From the IMG/VR virus record IMGVR_UViG_3300009151_009564, positions 1-64,000 of that record: a stretch of 64,000 bases of DNA; one strand, given 5' to 3'. Both the position numbers and the translations under genes were made by a program. Origin of the DNA: a virus. The notes beneath the pieces were generated by a model. That model ran no database searches and was not told the origin of the DNA. It saw only the letters and a list, made by a program, of their open reading frames with translations. Shown here in pieces: positions 49,197 through 59,179 of the stretch; positions within the stretch are counted from its first letter, which is position 1, and the number at the start of each line of letters is the position of its first letter.

Positions 49197-50423
49197 TTAA
49201 CTGAATAAATCATCAGCACTTATTTCATCAGAGAATCCATTTTCATCTAGTTCGTCATCACCAACTATAGAATTAAATTCCTTTTCAACTTGTTCGATTT
49301 CATCTAAAGATTTGAATCTAAAGTAATCATTAACAATCGGTTCCATTTTCTTCAAAATATCCATAGTGAATATTTGTGGAGTAAATAAATTCTTAGTCGT
49401 AAATGATTTATCTAAATGTGATACATACCAACGATTTCCACCCGGTTTAAACGTCATCTCACCAGTTGATTTATCAACTTCCATCTTACCACAAGCAATA
49501 CCAATTTGACTAAAATATTCTGGACGACAGAAAGCATCAAGACCTGTATAAGGATTCATACCATGTGCGAATGATATATCAAAACGGATTTTCTTTGGTT
49601 TTGCTAATCTTGACTTTTGTGTTTTAAATAGAACTGTAATACCAGATGATCCCAGATCCATATCATCTTCCTCACCAGTTTTTAACTGAGACTTAGACAT
49701 CATACCTATAACTGAAGCTGAATATAGGAGACCATTCCCGCCTTTCATGACGGATTTGGGATACATGTCGAGTGTTAGATAGGTATGGTTGGCTACTAAA
49801 AGTGGAATATCTAAATATCCCAAGTCAGTATTTATGCTTCTAAAAAGGGATCCCAATGCTTTTGCTTTTGTCATATCCTGTTTGATATCTCCTTTTAATA
49901 AGTCTGCTTTTTCTTTATTAGACGCCATCTGACCGAGTGAGTCTATTACTATCATTAATTTTGGTAATTCATATCCTTCTAATTTTTGAGTCTTTAAGTC
50001 ATCCACCAATTGAGTTAATAACATATTAACATCCTCCACTTTATTAGAACGAATGAGTCTGAATTTTTCAAGTGAGTTATCTACCCCAAATTTTGGTAAA
50101 TCTTCCAGATCAATAGCTTGTTCTGTATCAATATAGATAACAGAGTATCCCATTTTTTGGGCATTTTTAGCACATGAATAACACATAAATGACTTACCTG
50201 CTCCGGACTCACCCGCAAATACTGAAATTCTATTAGTTGCTATACCTCCACCTAGTAATCTACCAGACATTGCTGCGTCTACTAGATAAACACCAGTAGT
50301 TATGAATGTCTTTTCTTTTATTTCCTTCTCAACTAAAATTGGAATACTCTTTGCTATATTATCTATTATAGACCCGACTTTACTGAATTCGAACTTTTTA
50401 ACTTCTTTAGTTGCTTTTGCCAT
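49197..50423 (-). CDS. recA: UvsX/RecA-like recombinase
   Basis: ITTG, AGESGAGKS, YIDTE, IVIDSLG, DMTKAK, VANHTY, MKGGNG..YSAS. Confidence 0.93.
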   Translation of the reverse strand: MAKATKEVKKFEFSKVGSIIDNIAKSIPILVEKEIKEKTFITTGVYLVDAAMSGRLLGGGIATNRISVFAGESGAGKSFMCYSCAKNAQKMGYSVIYIDTEQAIDLEDLPKFGVDNSLEKFRLIRSNKVEDVNMLLTQLVDDLKTQKLEGYELPKLMIVIDSLGQMASNKEKADLLKGDIKQDMTKAKALGSLFRSINTDLGYLDIPLLVANHTYLTLDMYPKSVMKGGNGLLYSASVIGMMSKSQLKTGEEDDMDLGSSGITVLFKTQKSRLAKPKKIRFDISFAHGMNPYTGLDAFCRPEYFSQIGIACGKMEVDKSTGEMTFKPGGNRWYVSHLDKSFTTKNLFTPQIFTMDILKKMEPIVNDYFRFKSLDEIEQVEKEFNSIVGDDELDENGFSDEISADDLFS

Positions 50424-50540
50424 TTTATATATTTCTTATTTTTAATTATATATAAAGAAATCGTTCCCCCCTTTTATACTTTTTTTAAAAAACCCTTTAT
50501 AAAAAATCAAAGGGGGGAATATATTTTTTATATATACTTT

Positions 50541-51593
50541 ATGACTAAACAAGAATTTTTAGATAGAGCGAGAGACGTTCATGGGTATAAATATCAGTAT
50601 CCAAATTTACCAGATAAGGTATTATCAAATAATACTATTGATATTGTATATCAAGGAGTTTCTTACAAACAAAAAGTTGTTAAACATATTTTATTGGGTA
50701 GGTGTCCGGAAAAGAATACACCGACCAAAACAACAGAACAATTTATATCAGAGGCAAAGGAAGTATGGGGTGATAAGTATGATTATTCGTTATCTGAATA
50801 TACTGGGGCATTAAATAAAGTTAAAATCATATATGATGGTATTGTATTTGAACAGGTGGCTATTTCACATTTAAGAAAATTATCACCGGAAGAGCATATG
50901 AATCTTGAATACTTTAAGAAGAAATCAAGGGATAAGTGGGGAGATAAGTATGATTATTCTTTAGTAGAATATGTTGATTGTAAAACTAAAGTTAAGATTA
51001 TACATAATGGGGTTTTATATAATCAGATTCCAGAGTGTCATCTAATACATGCTCCGGAGAAATTAAATCTTAGAAAAACAACAGAACAATTTATTGAGGA
51101 GTCAAATAGAGTTCATGAGTTTAAGTATAACTATGATAAAACTGAATATAAAAAGAATCAAGTAAAAGTTATAATAACGTGTCTAATACATGGTGACTTT
51201 AATCAAATCCCATTATCTCACTTACAAGGTAGTGGTTGTCCAAATTGTAGTGAGTCTAAGGGCGAAAAGGAAGTATCGAAATTCTTAAAGAAGTGGAATA
51301 TAAATTTTGATAGACAAAAGAAATTTCCGGATTGTAGGAATAAGTTTGAATTACCATTTGATTTCTATATTCCATCTATGAGGACGTGTATTGAGTTTGA
51401 TGGAAAACAGCATTTTCAACCGATGGAATTTTTTGGTGGGATGAAGGCATTTGAGTCTATCAAAATAAATGATAAGATAAAGTCGGATTATTGTGAGGAC
51501 AACTATATTGATTTAATAAGAATAAGATATGACCAGATAGATGATATTCATCAAATTTTGTGGGATAACTTAAAGAATAGGATTAAGAAGTGA
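50541..51593 (+). CDS. putative homing endonuclease (DUF723-like repeats plus Vsr-like domain)
   Basis: FI..AKEVWGDKYDYS repeats, GCPNC, SKGE, LPFDFY...IEFDGKQH. Confidence 0.85.
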   Translation: MTKQEFLDRARDVHGYKYQYPNLPDKVLSNNTIDIVYQGVSYKQKVVKHILLGRCPEKNTPTKTTEQFISEAKEVWGDKYDYSLSEYTGALNKVKIIYDGIVFEQVAISHLRKLSPEEHMNLEYFKKKSRDKWGDKYDYSLVEYVDCKTKVKIIHNGVLYNQIPECHLIHAPEKLNLRKTTEQFIEESNRVHEFKYNYDKTEYKKNQVKVIITCLIHGDFNQIPLSHLQGSGCPNCSESKGEKEVSKFLKKWNINFDRQKKFPDCRNKFELPFDFYIPSMRTCIEFDGKQHFQPMEFFGGMKAFESIKINDKIKSDYCEDNYIDLIRIRYDQIDDIHQILWDNLKNRIKK

Positions 51594-52022
51594 TTATCTT
51601 CTTTTTTTTGTTCTAAATGCTTTTCGGTAGTCATCTACTGGGTCATATTCTTCTTCCATTTCTTGTCTTTGAATGGGTCTTGTTAGTTGTGACCAGTTTT
51701 TTTGGCAGTACTCATGTATTTTTTTTGAGATATACCTAGAACACTTTATAATCTTTGAATCTACTAGGAGAACATAATCAGATGAACCCATTGGATTATA
51801 ATGTTCTTGAATACTTATTACCCAGTCATCTATTTTGAATTGGTATTTTGGTTGTAGTATTGACCAAGGATCTAAATCAGGACCGGTTGGATCTACTATA
51901 GTATATTTTTTAGATTTAACTCTATTTAAAATATCCATCGCTATATCTTCATCAGAGTTAAATTTCTTTCTGAAAAAGGTATTGATTCCAAATAGTTCAT
52001 TTACTGATTTAATGTGATTCAT
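51594..52022 (-). CDS. hypothetical protein (MNHIKSVNELF), paralogue of 52019-52423
   Basis: Shared N-terminus and D(Y/F)RKA(F/Y)RT C-terminus. Confidence 0.75.
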   Translation of the reverse strand: MNHIKSVNELFGINTFFRKKFNSDEDIAMDILNRVKSKKYTIVDPTGPDLDPWSILQPKYQFKIDDWVISIQEHYNPMGSSDYVLLVDSKIIKCSRYISKKIHEYCQKNWSQLTRPIQRQEMEEEYDPVDDYRKAFRTKKRR

Positions 52023-52425
52023 CTTGTTCTATATGCTTTTCTAAAATCAGATATTGGGGATTGTGATTCAATAATAGATTCTAGTTTTTTCCAAATTTTT
52101 TTATTTATATAGTCTGAAGATTTTAACTTTCTATCGTCAATGTATAGGCTATACACAATTGTAGTTATAGAATGTGGACCCTCTTCGTTTACTTTACTTT
52201 CACCAACACCACCGGATCGAATAGTTTCTCTTTCTGATTTTATATTAAATCCATCAATACTAAATTTAAAGGTGTGTATTTTATCATCCTTATCTTCTTC
52301 TATATACAAAGATGATTTTATCATGAGTAAGATTTCCTTAGCCACACCTTCGTCTTTATTGAATTTAGATCTTAATCTATCTCCTATTCCAAATAGTTCA
52401 TTTACTGATTTAATGTGTTTCATCT
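51985..52425. repeat. 40-bp direct repeat (51985-52024 and 52386-52425, one mismatch)
   Basis: ATTCCAAATAGTTCATTTACTGATTTAATGTG(A/T)TTCATCT, covering both paralogue starts. Confidence 0.85.
52019..52423 (-). CDS. hypothetical protein (MKHIKSVNELF)
   Basis: 134 aa, tandem paralogue. Confidence 0.75.
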   Translation of the reverse strand: MKHIKSVNELFGIGDRLRSKFNKDEGVAKEILLMIKSSLYIEEDKDDKIHTFKFSIDGFNIKSERETIRSGGVGESKVNEEGPHSITTIVYSLYIDDRKLKSSDYINKKIWKKLESIIESQSPISDFRKAYRTR

Positions 52426-53000
52426 GTATCAGATTTTAATGTGTTTTTATCGATTTCTAAATACATATCTAGGGTATCAATTGTTTCTTGATCTTTTTTA
52501 TTAAAATGTACTTTCTTATTGGTTAGTTTTACTTTACCGCTTCTGATTAAATCTTGTAAAGGTTCTTCTTTGGCGAATTGTCTCATTTCATCATCAGATA
52601 TTTCTATCTCATGATCAAAATTAACTTTATTCTCACCTATTCTAAATGAGGCTGTATGGCTAGTTCCGCCAACATTGTTAGTTCTTGGAATTCCGTCACC
52701 TCCACTTACTGGATAAGTTTCCATATTTACTTCACCTGGAACACCGTGTTTAGCGTAGTATTCAATGGCTTTCTCTCTTATTTCGTCATCAAAGTACTTA
52801 TCCATATCTTTGCCTTCTAAATCTTTGGGTGGTTCTATTTTAAGATCATCCATTATATCTTTATAGTTAGTACTATAAAGAACTTTATCAACATACTCAG
52901 TTGCTTTTTGCTTATCTAAAGCGTCAGATTTAGGATAACTTCCTTCGTCACCTCTGTTATCGTCATTGACGAATGTTTCGTATTTTTTAATCCATTTCAT
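52410..53000 (-). CDS. acidic hypothetical protein (MKWIKKYETF)
   Basis: 196 aa; TAATATATA 5 nt upstream. Confidence 0.75.
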   Translation of the reverse strand: MKWIKKYETFVNDDNRGDEGSYPKSDALDKQKATEYVDKVLYSTNYKDIMDDLKIEPPKDLEGKDMDKYFDDEIREKAIEYYAKHGVPGEVNMETYPVSGGDGIPRTNNVGGTSHTASFRIGENKVNFDHEIEISDDEMRQFAKEEPLQDLIRSGKVKLTNKKVHFNKKDQETIDTLDMYLEIDKNTLKSDTDETH

Positions 53001-53016
53001 ATAAGTATATATTAAT

Positions 53017-53047
53017 TTTGATTTATCATTTATTATTTATAATTTTG
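53017..53047 (+). promoter_or_regulatory. Bacteroidetes sigma70-type promoter (TTTG-N19-TAATTTTG)
   Basis: Consensus match; ATG 4 nt downstream. Confidence 0.75.
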
Positions 53048-53051
53048 TTTA

Positions 53052-53417
53052 ATGATGAAAGATGGAATTTTTATTGAACCAAGCGATGGGATTAACCTTT
53101 ATGTTAATGGTAAGTCTCATCATTATGACTCTTTCTATCAATCTGGTAGGGATAAGTCATGTTTCCTCATTCCAAAAACTCATTTGGAATCATTTGAGAC
53201 AGATCTAAAAATCGGAAACGTTATTGTTTTTAGGAACTCTAAAAAAGAGTGGATAATGGTGGAAGGTAAACAACAGTCTATTCATGAGAATATTTGGAGA
53301 AATGAGGATCATTTTGAATATGTTGTTTGGGGAGATTTTACTACATTGGATGAAGTTGCGTTACGAGACTTGAAGTTGTCATTCCTTTTGGATGATAAGT
53401 ATCAATACTTCTTCTAA
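53052..53417 (+). CDS. hypothetical protein with RD-tag (RDLKLSFLL)
   Basis: 121 aa ORF between a promoter and a terminator. Confidence 0.75.
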   Translation: MMKDGIFIEPSDGINLYVNGKSHHYDSFYQSGRDKSCFLIPKTHLESFETDLKIGNVIVFRNSKKEWIMVEGKQQSIHENIWRNEDHFEYVVWGDFTTLDEVALRDLKLSFLLDDKYQYFF

Positions 53418-53418
53418 T

Positions 53419-53450
53419 AAAAAGAGAGACCATATGGTCTCTCTTTTTTT
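53419..53450. terminator. bidirectional intrinsic terminator
   Basis: AAAAAGAGAGACCAT-ATGGTCTCTCTTTTTTT palindrome. Confidence 0.85.
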
Positions 53451-55697
53451 TTATCTTATCAATGTTATATCTCCTTTCTGTAGTCTTTCTTTTCCGTCAC
53501 ATTCATATATAATGAAGTAAAAGTATGTTCCTAAATCTTGAGGAACTCCACCGAATGTTCCATTCCATTTCTCACTTGGATTAGCTGTTTCAAAAACTGT
53601 TTCACCGAATCTATTCTTTATAACAAACTCATGTAACTTATAGTATTGTCCTATTGGTCCAAACTTATCGTTCTTACCATCTCCATTTGGTGAAAAGGCG
53701 GATGGTAACGTTAGTTGGCAACAAGAATGTCCATCAACCCAAACACTATCAGAAGAATGGCAACCATATGGGGTTGTTACTGTTAGTATAGCCCATCCTG
53801 ATGTGTCCATTACACCGTAAGCAGCTCCATTATATAAAGATTCTGATTCTGATTCATAGAAAAATCTAAAGGGTGTCCATCTATAAAAATCCATGTAAGT
53901 TATATTTAGAGGTCTAAACATAACTGTTTCACCAAAGCAAATATTATTTTGGAAAGGGGCTATTCTTGAATCTGGATAGTCTCCTATCTTAATAGTATCT
54001 TGGGATGTTTTTGTACATAATCCATTTGTTGCGGATACTGATATAGTATATATTCCACCATTATTAAATAATATGGTATATGGTCCTCCATGATCAGCGG
54101 ACGTTATTATGTTTGTACTTGAAGGCCAAGTCCATACATAGTCTATAACATCATTACTATGATATGTAAGAGCCACGGTAACTGTATCTCCAATACAAGC
54201 ATATGGTTTTACATAAAAATCAACTGATGGTAGTGGTGTAACTGTTAGGTTTAGTGTTACTAAGGAATCACATCCTTTTATTGTTGTAAAGGTGTGAGTA
54301 TATGACCCAGCAGATGTATAGTTATATCCCGCAAAATTAAATGTATCTCCTTGGCATATATTTGCTGATATAGTGTTGTTATAAGTTGGATTAACTGTTA
54401 AATTCAGGGTTAGAATAGAATCACATCCTTTTACGGTATAGAAATGATTTACAAATGTTCCTGATGTATTGTATGTGTTTCCCGCAAATGTATATGTTTG
54501 ATTATCACATATAGTTGATGTTGTTGTTGATGTATATGAAGGATTAACTGTTATCATTACAGAATCCGAACATAAACCATTTACATATTTAATAATAGAT
54601 GTTCCAGATGAAATACCAGTTACTACACCACTTAAAGATACATTAGCTACACCTGTATTTGTACTTGACCACACTCCGCCAGTACCCGTTGTTGATAGTG
54701 TAATGGTATTTCCTTGACAAACGGTTGTCGGGCCAGTTATTGAAATTGGAGTTGATGTAACGGTTACTATTGTTGGGTTAGTTAAAGTTACTATACCACA
54801 TGAAGTAGTTGTTGTGGCAGTTGCGGTATATGTTGTTGTTACTGTTGGACACACGGTAGCTGTTGTAGGACCACTTGGGCCGCTCCAAGTATAAGTCCAA
54901 GTATATGGGGTACCGGAAGGTGAAAATCTCCATCCTTCTGGTGTGGTAGTTGGTACAGTAAATGTAGTACCATTTTCACCGGGTGCTGTATAGAATAATG
55001 TACCAGCTAAATTTTCTATTCCAGTAACTGCTCTACCGCTATTCCAAGATGAACAGCTATGGTGTTCTCCGATATAGATTTCAATAATGTTAGATGTTTC
55101 GTATAAAACAATTTGACTTGTTTCTACACCAGTACAAGAAGAAGAGAACATTTGTAATTTATAATAAGATACGACAAATGCTCTACAAGGCGAAGTCCCT
55201 ATTGTTTGATATTTAATTGTACCTGTACCAGTTGGATATGTTGTATATCCAGGTGGGTAAATATCACACCATGGTGACATAATTGCATCATAAGTGGCAT
55301 TACTATTAGAACCTGGTAAAGATCCACTTATTGCCCATGGGTCGTAGGCTCCTGACATACTAGGGTTAAATGTGATATTACCATTTGATCCTATGTATAA
55401 AGTGGTATAGTTATTTCCAAAAAAGTTGAAACAAAAGGGAATAGATATACCAGTGGTGTAAATATCATCAGTTGTAGTTGATACATTGGTTCCGGCAGTA
55501 TATGAATAAGGAGCATAAGCAATAGAACTAACCGCATATGTGCTAGTTGCGTTGATTGGAGTTGCTGCTGATGTCATTGTAACACAAGGAGTTGAACAAT
55601 TAACTGTTCCACCGGTGCTGTTCAAGATAGGACAAGTTTGTGCTACCATCTTGAATGTACTTAGAAGTACAAATAGTAAAATGAGTATTTTTTTCAT
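53451..55697 (-). CDS. secreted Ig-like repeat protein with T9SS type-B (gliding-motility-associated) C-terminal domain
   Basis: Signal peptide MKKILILLFVLL...AQ; GCDS..TLNLTV repeats; PSAFSPNGDGKND...NRFGETVF...WNGT...GTYFY...KGDITLIR. Confidence 0.9.
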   Translation of the reverse strand: MKKILILLFVLLSTFKMVAQTCPILNSTGGTVNCSTPCVTMTSAATPINATSTYAVSSIAYAPYSYTAGTNVSTTTDDIYTTGISIPFCFNFFGNNYTTLYIGSNGNITFNPSMSGAYDPWAISGSLPGSNSNATYDAIMSPWCDIYPPGYTTYPTGTGTIKYQTIGTSPCRAFVVSYYKLQMFSSSCTGVETSQIVLYETSNIIEIYIGEHHSCSSWNSGRAVTGIENLAGTLFYTAPGENGTTFTVPTTTPEGWRFSPSGTPYTWTYTWSGPSGPTTATVCPTVTTTYTATATTTTSCGIVTLTNPTIVTVTSTPISITGPTTVCQGNTITLSTTGTGGVWSSTNTGVANVSLSGVVTGISSGTSIIKYVNGLCSDSVMITVNPSYTSTTTSTICDNQTYTFAGNTYNTSGTFVNHFYTVKGCDSILTLNLTVNPTYNNTISANICQGDTFNFAGYNYTSAGSYTHTFTTIKGCDSLVTLNLTVTPLPSVDFYVKPYACIGDTVTVALTYHSNDVIDYVWTWPSSTNIITSADHGGPYTILFNNGGIYTISVSATNGLCTKTSQDTIKIGDYPDSRIAPFQNNICFGETVMFRPLNITYMDFYRWTPFRFFYESESESLYNGAAYGVMDTSGWAILTVTTPYGCHSSDSVWVDGHSCCQLTLPSAFSPNGDGKNDKFGPIGQYYKLHEFVIKNRFGETVFETANPSEKWNGTFGGVPQDLGTYFYFIIYECDGKERLQKGDITLIR

Positions 55698-55728
55698 TTT
55701 AACAAAATATTTTTTATTATATATAATT

Positions 55729-55760
55729 TTTGGTACTCTGTGATTTTATTTATACATTTG
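55729..55760 (+). promoter_or_regulatory. Bacteroidetes sigma70-type promoter (TTTG-N20-TACATTTG)
   Basis: Consensus match heading the operon that starts at 55768. Confidence 0.75.
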
Positions 55761-55767
55761 TGGTATT

Positions 55768-56379
55768 ATGAAATTTGAAACACAAAACTTATTCTTTATA
55801 TCTGATTTTCATGTAGGTCATGATAATGTTATTCGTTTCGATGGTCGTCCTTTTAAGGACACTTCAGAGATGAACGAGGCACTCATATCCAACTGGAATA
55901 GGGTTGTTGCGGAAGACGATATAGTATTTTATTTAGGTGACCTTTCAATGCGATGTCATCCATCTACCGTTAAGTGGTTTGTCGAACAACTTAATGGTAA
56001 AATACATTTCTTTATGGGCAACCATGACCGTTATCGTGATATTCGTAACCTAAACCGATTTGAAAAGATTTGGGGAGATGACGATGTTCAGGGTGCAGGT
56101 AAGATACAGGTTAAAGACTTAGATGTTAAAGGTGGATACCAACACATTGAAATGTCTCACTATCCTATTCTTTCTTGGAACAAAGGACATCACGGAGCTT
56201 GGCATATACATGGTCATTGTCATCAGTCAATGACTAAGAACCCAGATATGTCTTGGTATTATAAGAGAAAAGTAATCGATGCTGGTTGTAACGGTTGGGA
56301 TTACACCCCGATTTCTTATACACAGTTGAAGTCTATTATGGATCAGAAATCAATCTCATCTGTAGACCATCATGAATAA
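55768..56379 (+). CDS. calcineurin-like metallophosphoesterase
   Basis: SDFH, LGD, GNHD, HYP, HGHCH, DAG. Confidence 0.92.
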   Translation: MKFETQNLFFISDFHVGHDNVIRFDGRPFKDTSEMNEALISNWNRVVAEDDIVFYLGDLSMRCHPSTVKWFVEQLNGKIHFFMGNHDRYRDIRNLNRFEKIWGDDDVQGAGKIQVKDLDVKGGYQHIEMSHYPILSWNKGHHGAWHIHGHCHQSMTKNPDMSWYYKRKVIDAGCNGWDYTPISYTQLKSIMDQKSISSVDHHE

Positions 56380-56689
56380 GTATGAAATTTGCCTTCATTA
56401 TATGAAGTACCTTTCTAGGTATAATAAAAGCTGGACATTTCGTTCATTGGTTGACTCCATCATAAAAAGTGAGATGAGCAACGAAGATCTTGTTGGTATC
56501 TTACACATGCAATGGTTAGAAACGGTTGAGATGTATGAAAGAGGTTCAATAGAAAGTGTTAATTATACATTAACAGGTATTATGTCTCCGGAAGAGTATT
56601 TATCTAAAGTATTACAGAGTGTAAGAGATAATAAAATAACCGAAATATTAAATGAGAATGAGAGGACAGATACCGGAGAGTTGGGATAG
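56372..56689 (+). CDS. hypothetical protein with RD-tag (RDNKITEIL)
   Basis: 105 aa, overlapping operon gene. Confidence 0.75.
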   Translation: MNKYEICLHYMKYLSRYNKSWTFRSLVDSIIKSEMSNEDLVGILHMQWLETVEMYERGSIESVNYTLTGIMSPEEYLSKVLQSVRDNKITEILNENERTDTGELG

Positions 56690-56963
56690 ATATGAGGTTA
56701 TAAGGTTTATAGAAGAAAGGATTATTATAGAAAGGTTTAGAACAATAAAACCTCATTATATAAGAGTAACTTCTGTTGAGGAAACAGATGATTTTGGTAA
56801 GCATTCTATCTATGTTAGATATCAGGTAAAACTTACTACAAAAAGGTTTGAGTTACCTAAACCAGATGAATATATTATGTTTGATTTTAACTTAATCGAA
56901 AGTCATATGAAAACATATATGAGAGATGAAAAACTAAAAAAGATATTTGATGATGATGTTTGA
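56652..56963 (+). CDS. hypothetical protein with RD-tag (RDEKLKKIF)
   Basis: 103 aa, overlapping operon gene. Confidence 0.75.
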   Translation: MRMRGQIPESWDRYEVIRFIEERIIIERFRTIKPHYIRVTSVEETDDFGKHSIYVRYQVKLTTKRFELPKPDEYIMFDFNLIESHMKTYMRDEKLKKIFDDDV

Positions 56964-57249
56964 TCCACAAAAATATAGTTTTATGAGGGCTCCCGCAGTT
57001 TCTCTTGATTTCATTCTATATGAAACTAAACCGGTGGAAGGATATATTATTGGGTGTTATACTTTAATTGATTACATGGATGGTGACTTTCTCTTAGAAG
57101 AAGTAACTAAAAAGTCTATGAAAGACTATGCAATAGTACTTTATCGAGGTAAAATACCAAGTGATGAATTTGCGTTTGAGTTGTTTAAAAACATTGGATT
57201 AGAAGTTCCAATAATACAAAGGGATCTTAAATTAGATACATTACTATGA
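56947..57249 (+). CDS. hypothetical protein with RD-tag (RDLKLDTLL*)
   Basis: About 100 aa; exact start uncertain. Confidence 0.75.
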   Translation: MMMMFDPQKYSFMRAPAVSLDFILYETKPVEGYIIGCYTLIDYMDGDFLLEEVTKKSMKDYAIVLYRGKIPSDEFAFELFKNIGLEVPIIQRDLKLDTLL

Positions 57250-57605
57250 ATAAGCAAGAAGCAAGAGAAAGAAAGAAATATCTTAAAGATAATCCAAAAT
57301 ATCCAATTATTTTAGAAGCTTTAATCGCATGGCATAAATGGGACTTTGAAACCTCAAGGGAAGAAACCCTGCGAACAAAACAACAAGTTTGGAACTCACA
57401 TTTCTGGGACTATGGTGAGTTTGTAGAGTATATTGGTGTAAATAAAAATGGACTTATATGGTATAGAGAAACACAACCAGGAACTAAACCTGATGATGAA
57501 AATCATATCATAGGTGTATCTACTTGGTATGATGATTATAAACCATTTCATGATAAATGGATGTTACAATTAGATAGGGATAAAAAATTAAATACAGTAC
57601 TATGA
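57246..57605 (+). CDS. hypothetical protein with RD-tag (RDKKLNTVL*)
   Basis: 119 aa, ATGA overlap. Confidence 0.75.
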   Translation: MNKQEARERKKYLKDNPKYPIILEALIAWHKWDFETSREETLRTKQQVWNSHFWDYGEFVEYIGVNKNGLIWYRETQPGTKPDDENHIIGVSTWYDDYKPFHDKWMLQLDRDKKLNTVL

Positions 57606-57657
57606 ATATAGAATTTATTTTTTTAACATATAAACAAAATTAAAATTAGAAAACACA

Positions 57658-58128
57658 ATGGAAAAAATACCAATGACTCGTGAGGGTTATTTAAAAATGG
57701 AAAAAGAGTATCAACAAATGCGTAATGTTGATCTTAAAGAGTGTCTACAGAACCTCACCGACGCAAGAGACAAAGGAGATTTGAGTGAGAACGCTGAGTA
57801 TGAAGTTGCTAAACAAGCATTAGACGACCTTAACGCTAAACTAAGTAAGGTAAATTCTTTACTAGCTAACTGTCAGATAGTTGATGGTATAGTTGATGAT
57901 GGAACTGTTCAACTTTTAACATGGGTTAAGTTTAAAAACTTAAACATCAATAAAGAAATTGAGTACCGCATTGTACCGGAATATGAAATCAACTTAAAAG
58001 AAGGTAGAATTTCACAAAATAGTCCAATCGGTAAGGCGCTAATGGGAAAGAAGGTAGGAGACAAAACTCAAGTTGATACACCTAAGGGTAAGTTAGACTT
58101 GGAGATTACTAACATAAGAGTTATATAA
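57658..58128 (+). CDS. greA: transcription elongation factor GreA
   Basis: MTREGY, ARDKGDLSENAEYEVAK, ISQNSPIGKALMGKKVGD. Confidence 0.96.
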   Translation: MEKIPMTREGYLKMEKEYQQMRNVDLKECLQNLTDARDKGDLSENAEYEVAKQALDDLNAKLSKVNSLLANCQIVDGIVDDGTVQLLTWVKFKNLNINKEIEYRIVPEYEINLKEGRISQNSPIGKALMGKKVGDKTQVDTPKGKLDLEITNIRVI

Positions 58129-58129
58129 T

Positions 58130-58528
58130 ATGAAATTTGAACCAAAATTATCCCAAAGTAAGATATCATTCGACTTTGACGGAACATTAGATGACGACTT
58201 CGGTGGTGAGTTTAATCCACAGAAAGAAGAAGTAAGGGAGATATGTAAGTATCTTGTTGAACAAGGAAAGGATGTATGTATCATAACCAAAAGATATGGT
58301 CCAGACACAGGGATGGGAGAGGCTGATAAAGTTTATGCAGTTGCTTTGGAATGTGGTGTAAAAGATGTTTATTTTACGGATCGTGAGTTAAAAGATGCTA
58401 AGGTAAAGGAACTGGGTATTCAAGTTCATTTTGAGAACAATCCACATGAAGCTGGTGTTATATCCCAAAAATCATCAGCATTAGTAATCTGTATAGAAGA
58501 TCCTTATTGGAGAGATCTAGTTTATTAA
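58130..58528 (+). CDS. HAD-superfamily protein
   Basis: ISFDFDGTL, IITKR, K...HFEN. Confidence 0.75.
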   Translation: MKFEPKLSQSKISFDFDGTLDDDFGGEFNPQKEEVREICKYLVEQGKDVCIITKRYGPDTGMGEADKVYAVALECGVKDVYFTDRELKDAKVKELGIQVHFENNPHEAGVISQKSSALVICIEDPYWRDLVY

Positions 58529-58529
58529 T

Positions 58530-58844
58530 ATGGAAGGGATAAAGAATTGGGAAATAATTGGATTATATAAAAAGTATATTTTTTCCAAAAATTCAGGTGG
58601 TAAATTGGGTGGGATCCCTTTAGTTAAGTTTCACGGGATTTGGAAGGGAACTGAAGAAGAGTTTGTTAATAAACATAAGAAAGAGTTCCCTAACTCTCGT
58701 ATTGAGATCTTTAAACATACTAGGAAACCAATGTCATCTAATTTTAGATTTGTAGTTGAACACTTTATGTCGAAGAATTCAGAGTTTAAGATATTTAATC
58801 GAGATGAAATTATTAATGAGTTATTAGATGAACGAGTTGATTGA
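58530..58844 (+). CDS. hypothetical protein with RD-tag (RDEIINELL)
   Basis: 104 aa operon gene. Confidence 0.75.
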   Translation: MEGIKNWEIIGLYKKYIFSKNSGGKLGGIPLVKFHGIWKGTEEEFVNKHKKEFPNSRIEIFKHTRKPMSSNFRFVVEHFMSKNSEFKIFNRDEIINELLDERVD

Positions 58845-59175
58845 AATAGAAAAAAAATATTGTAGAGAAATTGTTGAATTTTTCTGTAAAGAAATTCCAA
58901 AGTTGTTAATACCTTCTTCAAATGACTTAAATCAGTTAAAATCTTATATACATAGTAGGCTTTGTTCGCAGTTTCAATCTAGGTTATATGGTACTCAACT
59001 AGTAAAAGAATTTCGGGTAGAAGTAAATCTATTGGATAAAGACAAAAGAAGGGATTCTGTTATTGATAATATCCTAGATGATTCCAAAATATTAGAACCT
59101 AATATAATAGTTGTTTTGAAATATAATGATTTTACATTTGAAACATTAGAACAAAGAATCGATTTTTTAATATAA
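58828..59175 (+). CDS. hypothetical protein with internal RD-tag (RDSVIDNIL)
   Basis: 115 aa operon gene. Confidence 0.7.
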   Translation: MNELIEIEKKYCREIVEFFCKEIPKLLIPSSNDLNQLKSYIHSRLCSQFQSRLYGTQLVKEFRVEVNLLDKDKRRDSVIDNILDDSKILEPNIIVVLKYNDFTFETLEQRIDFLI

Positions 59176-59179
59176 AAAT

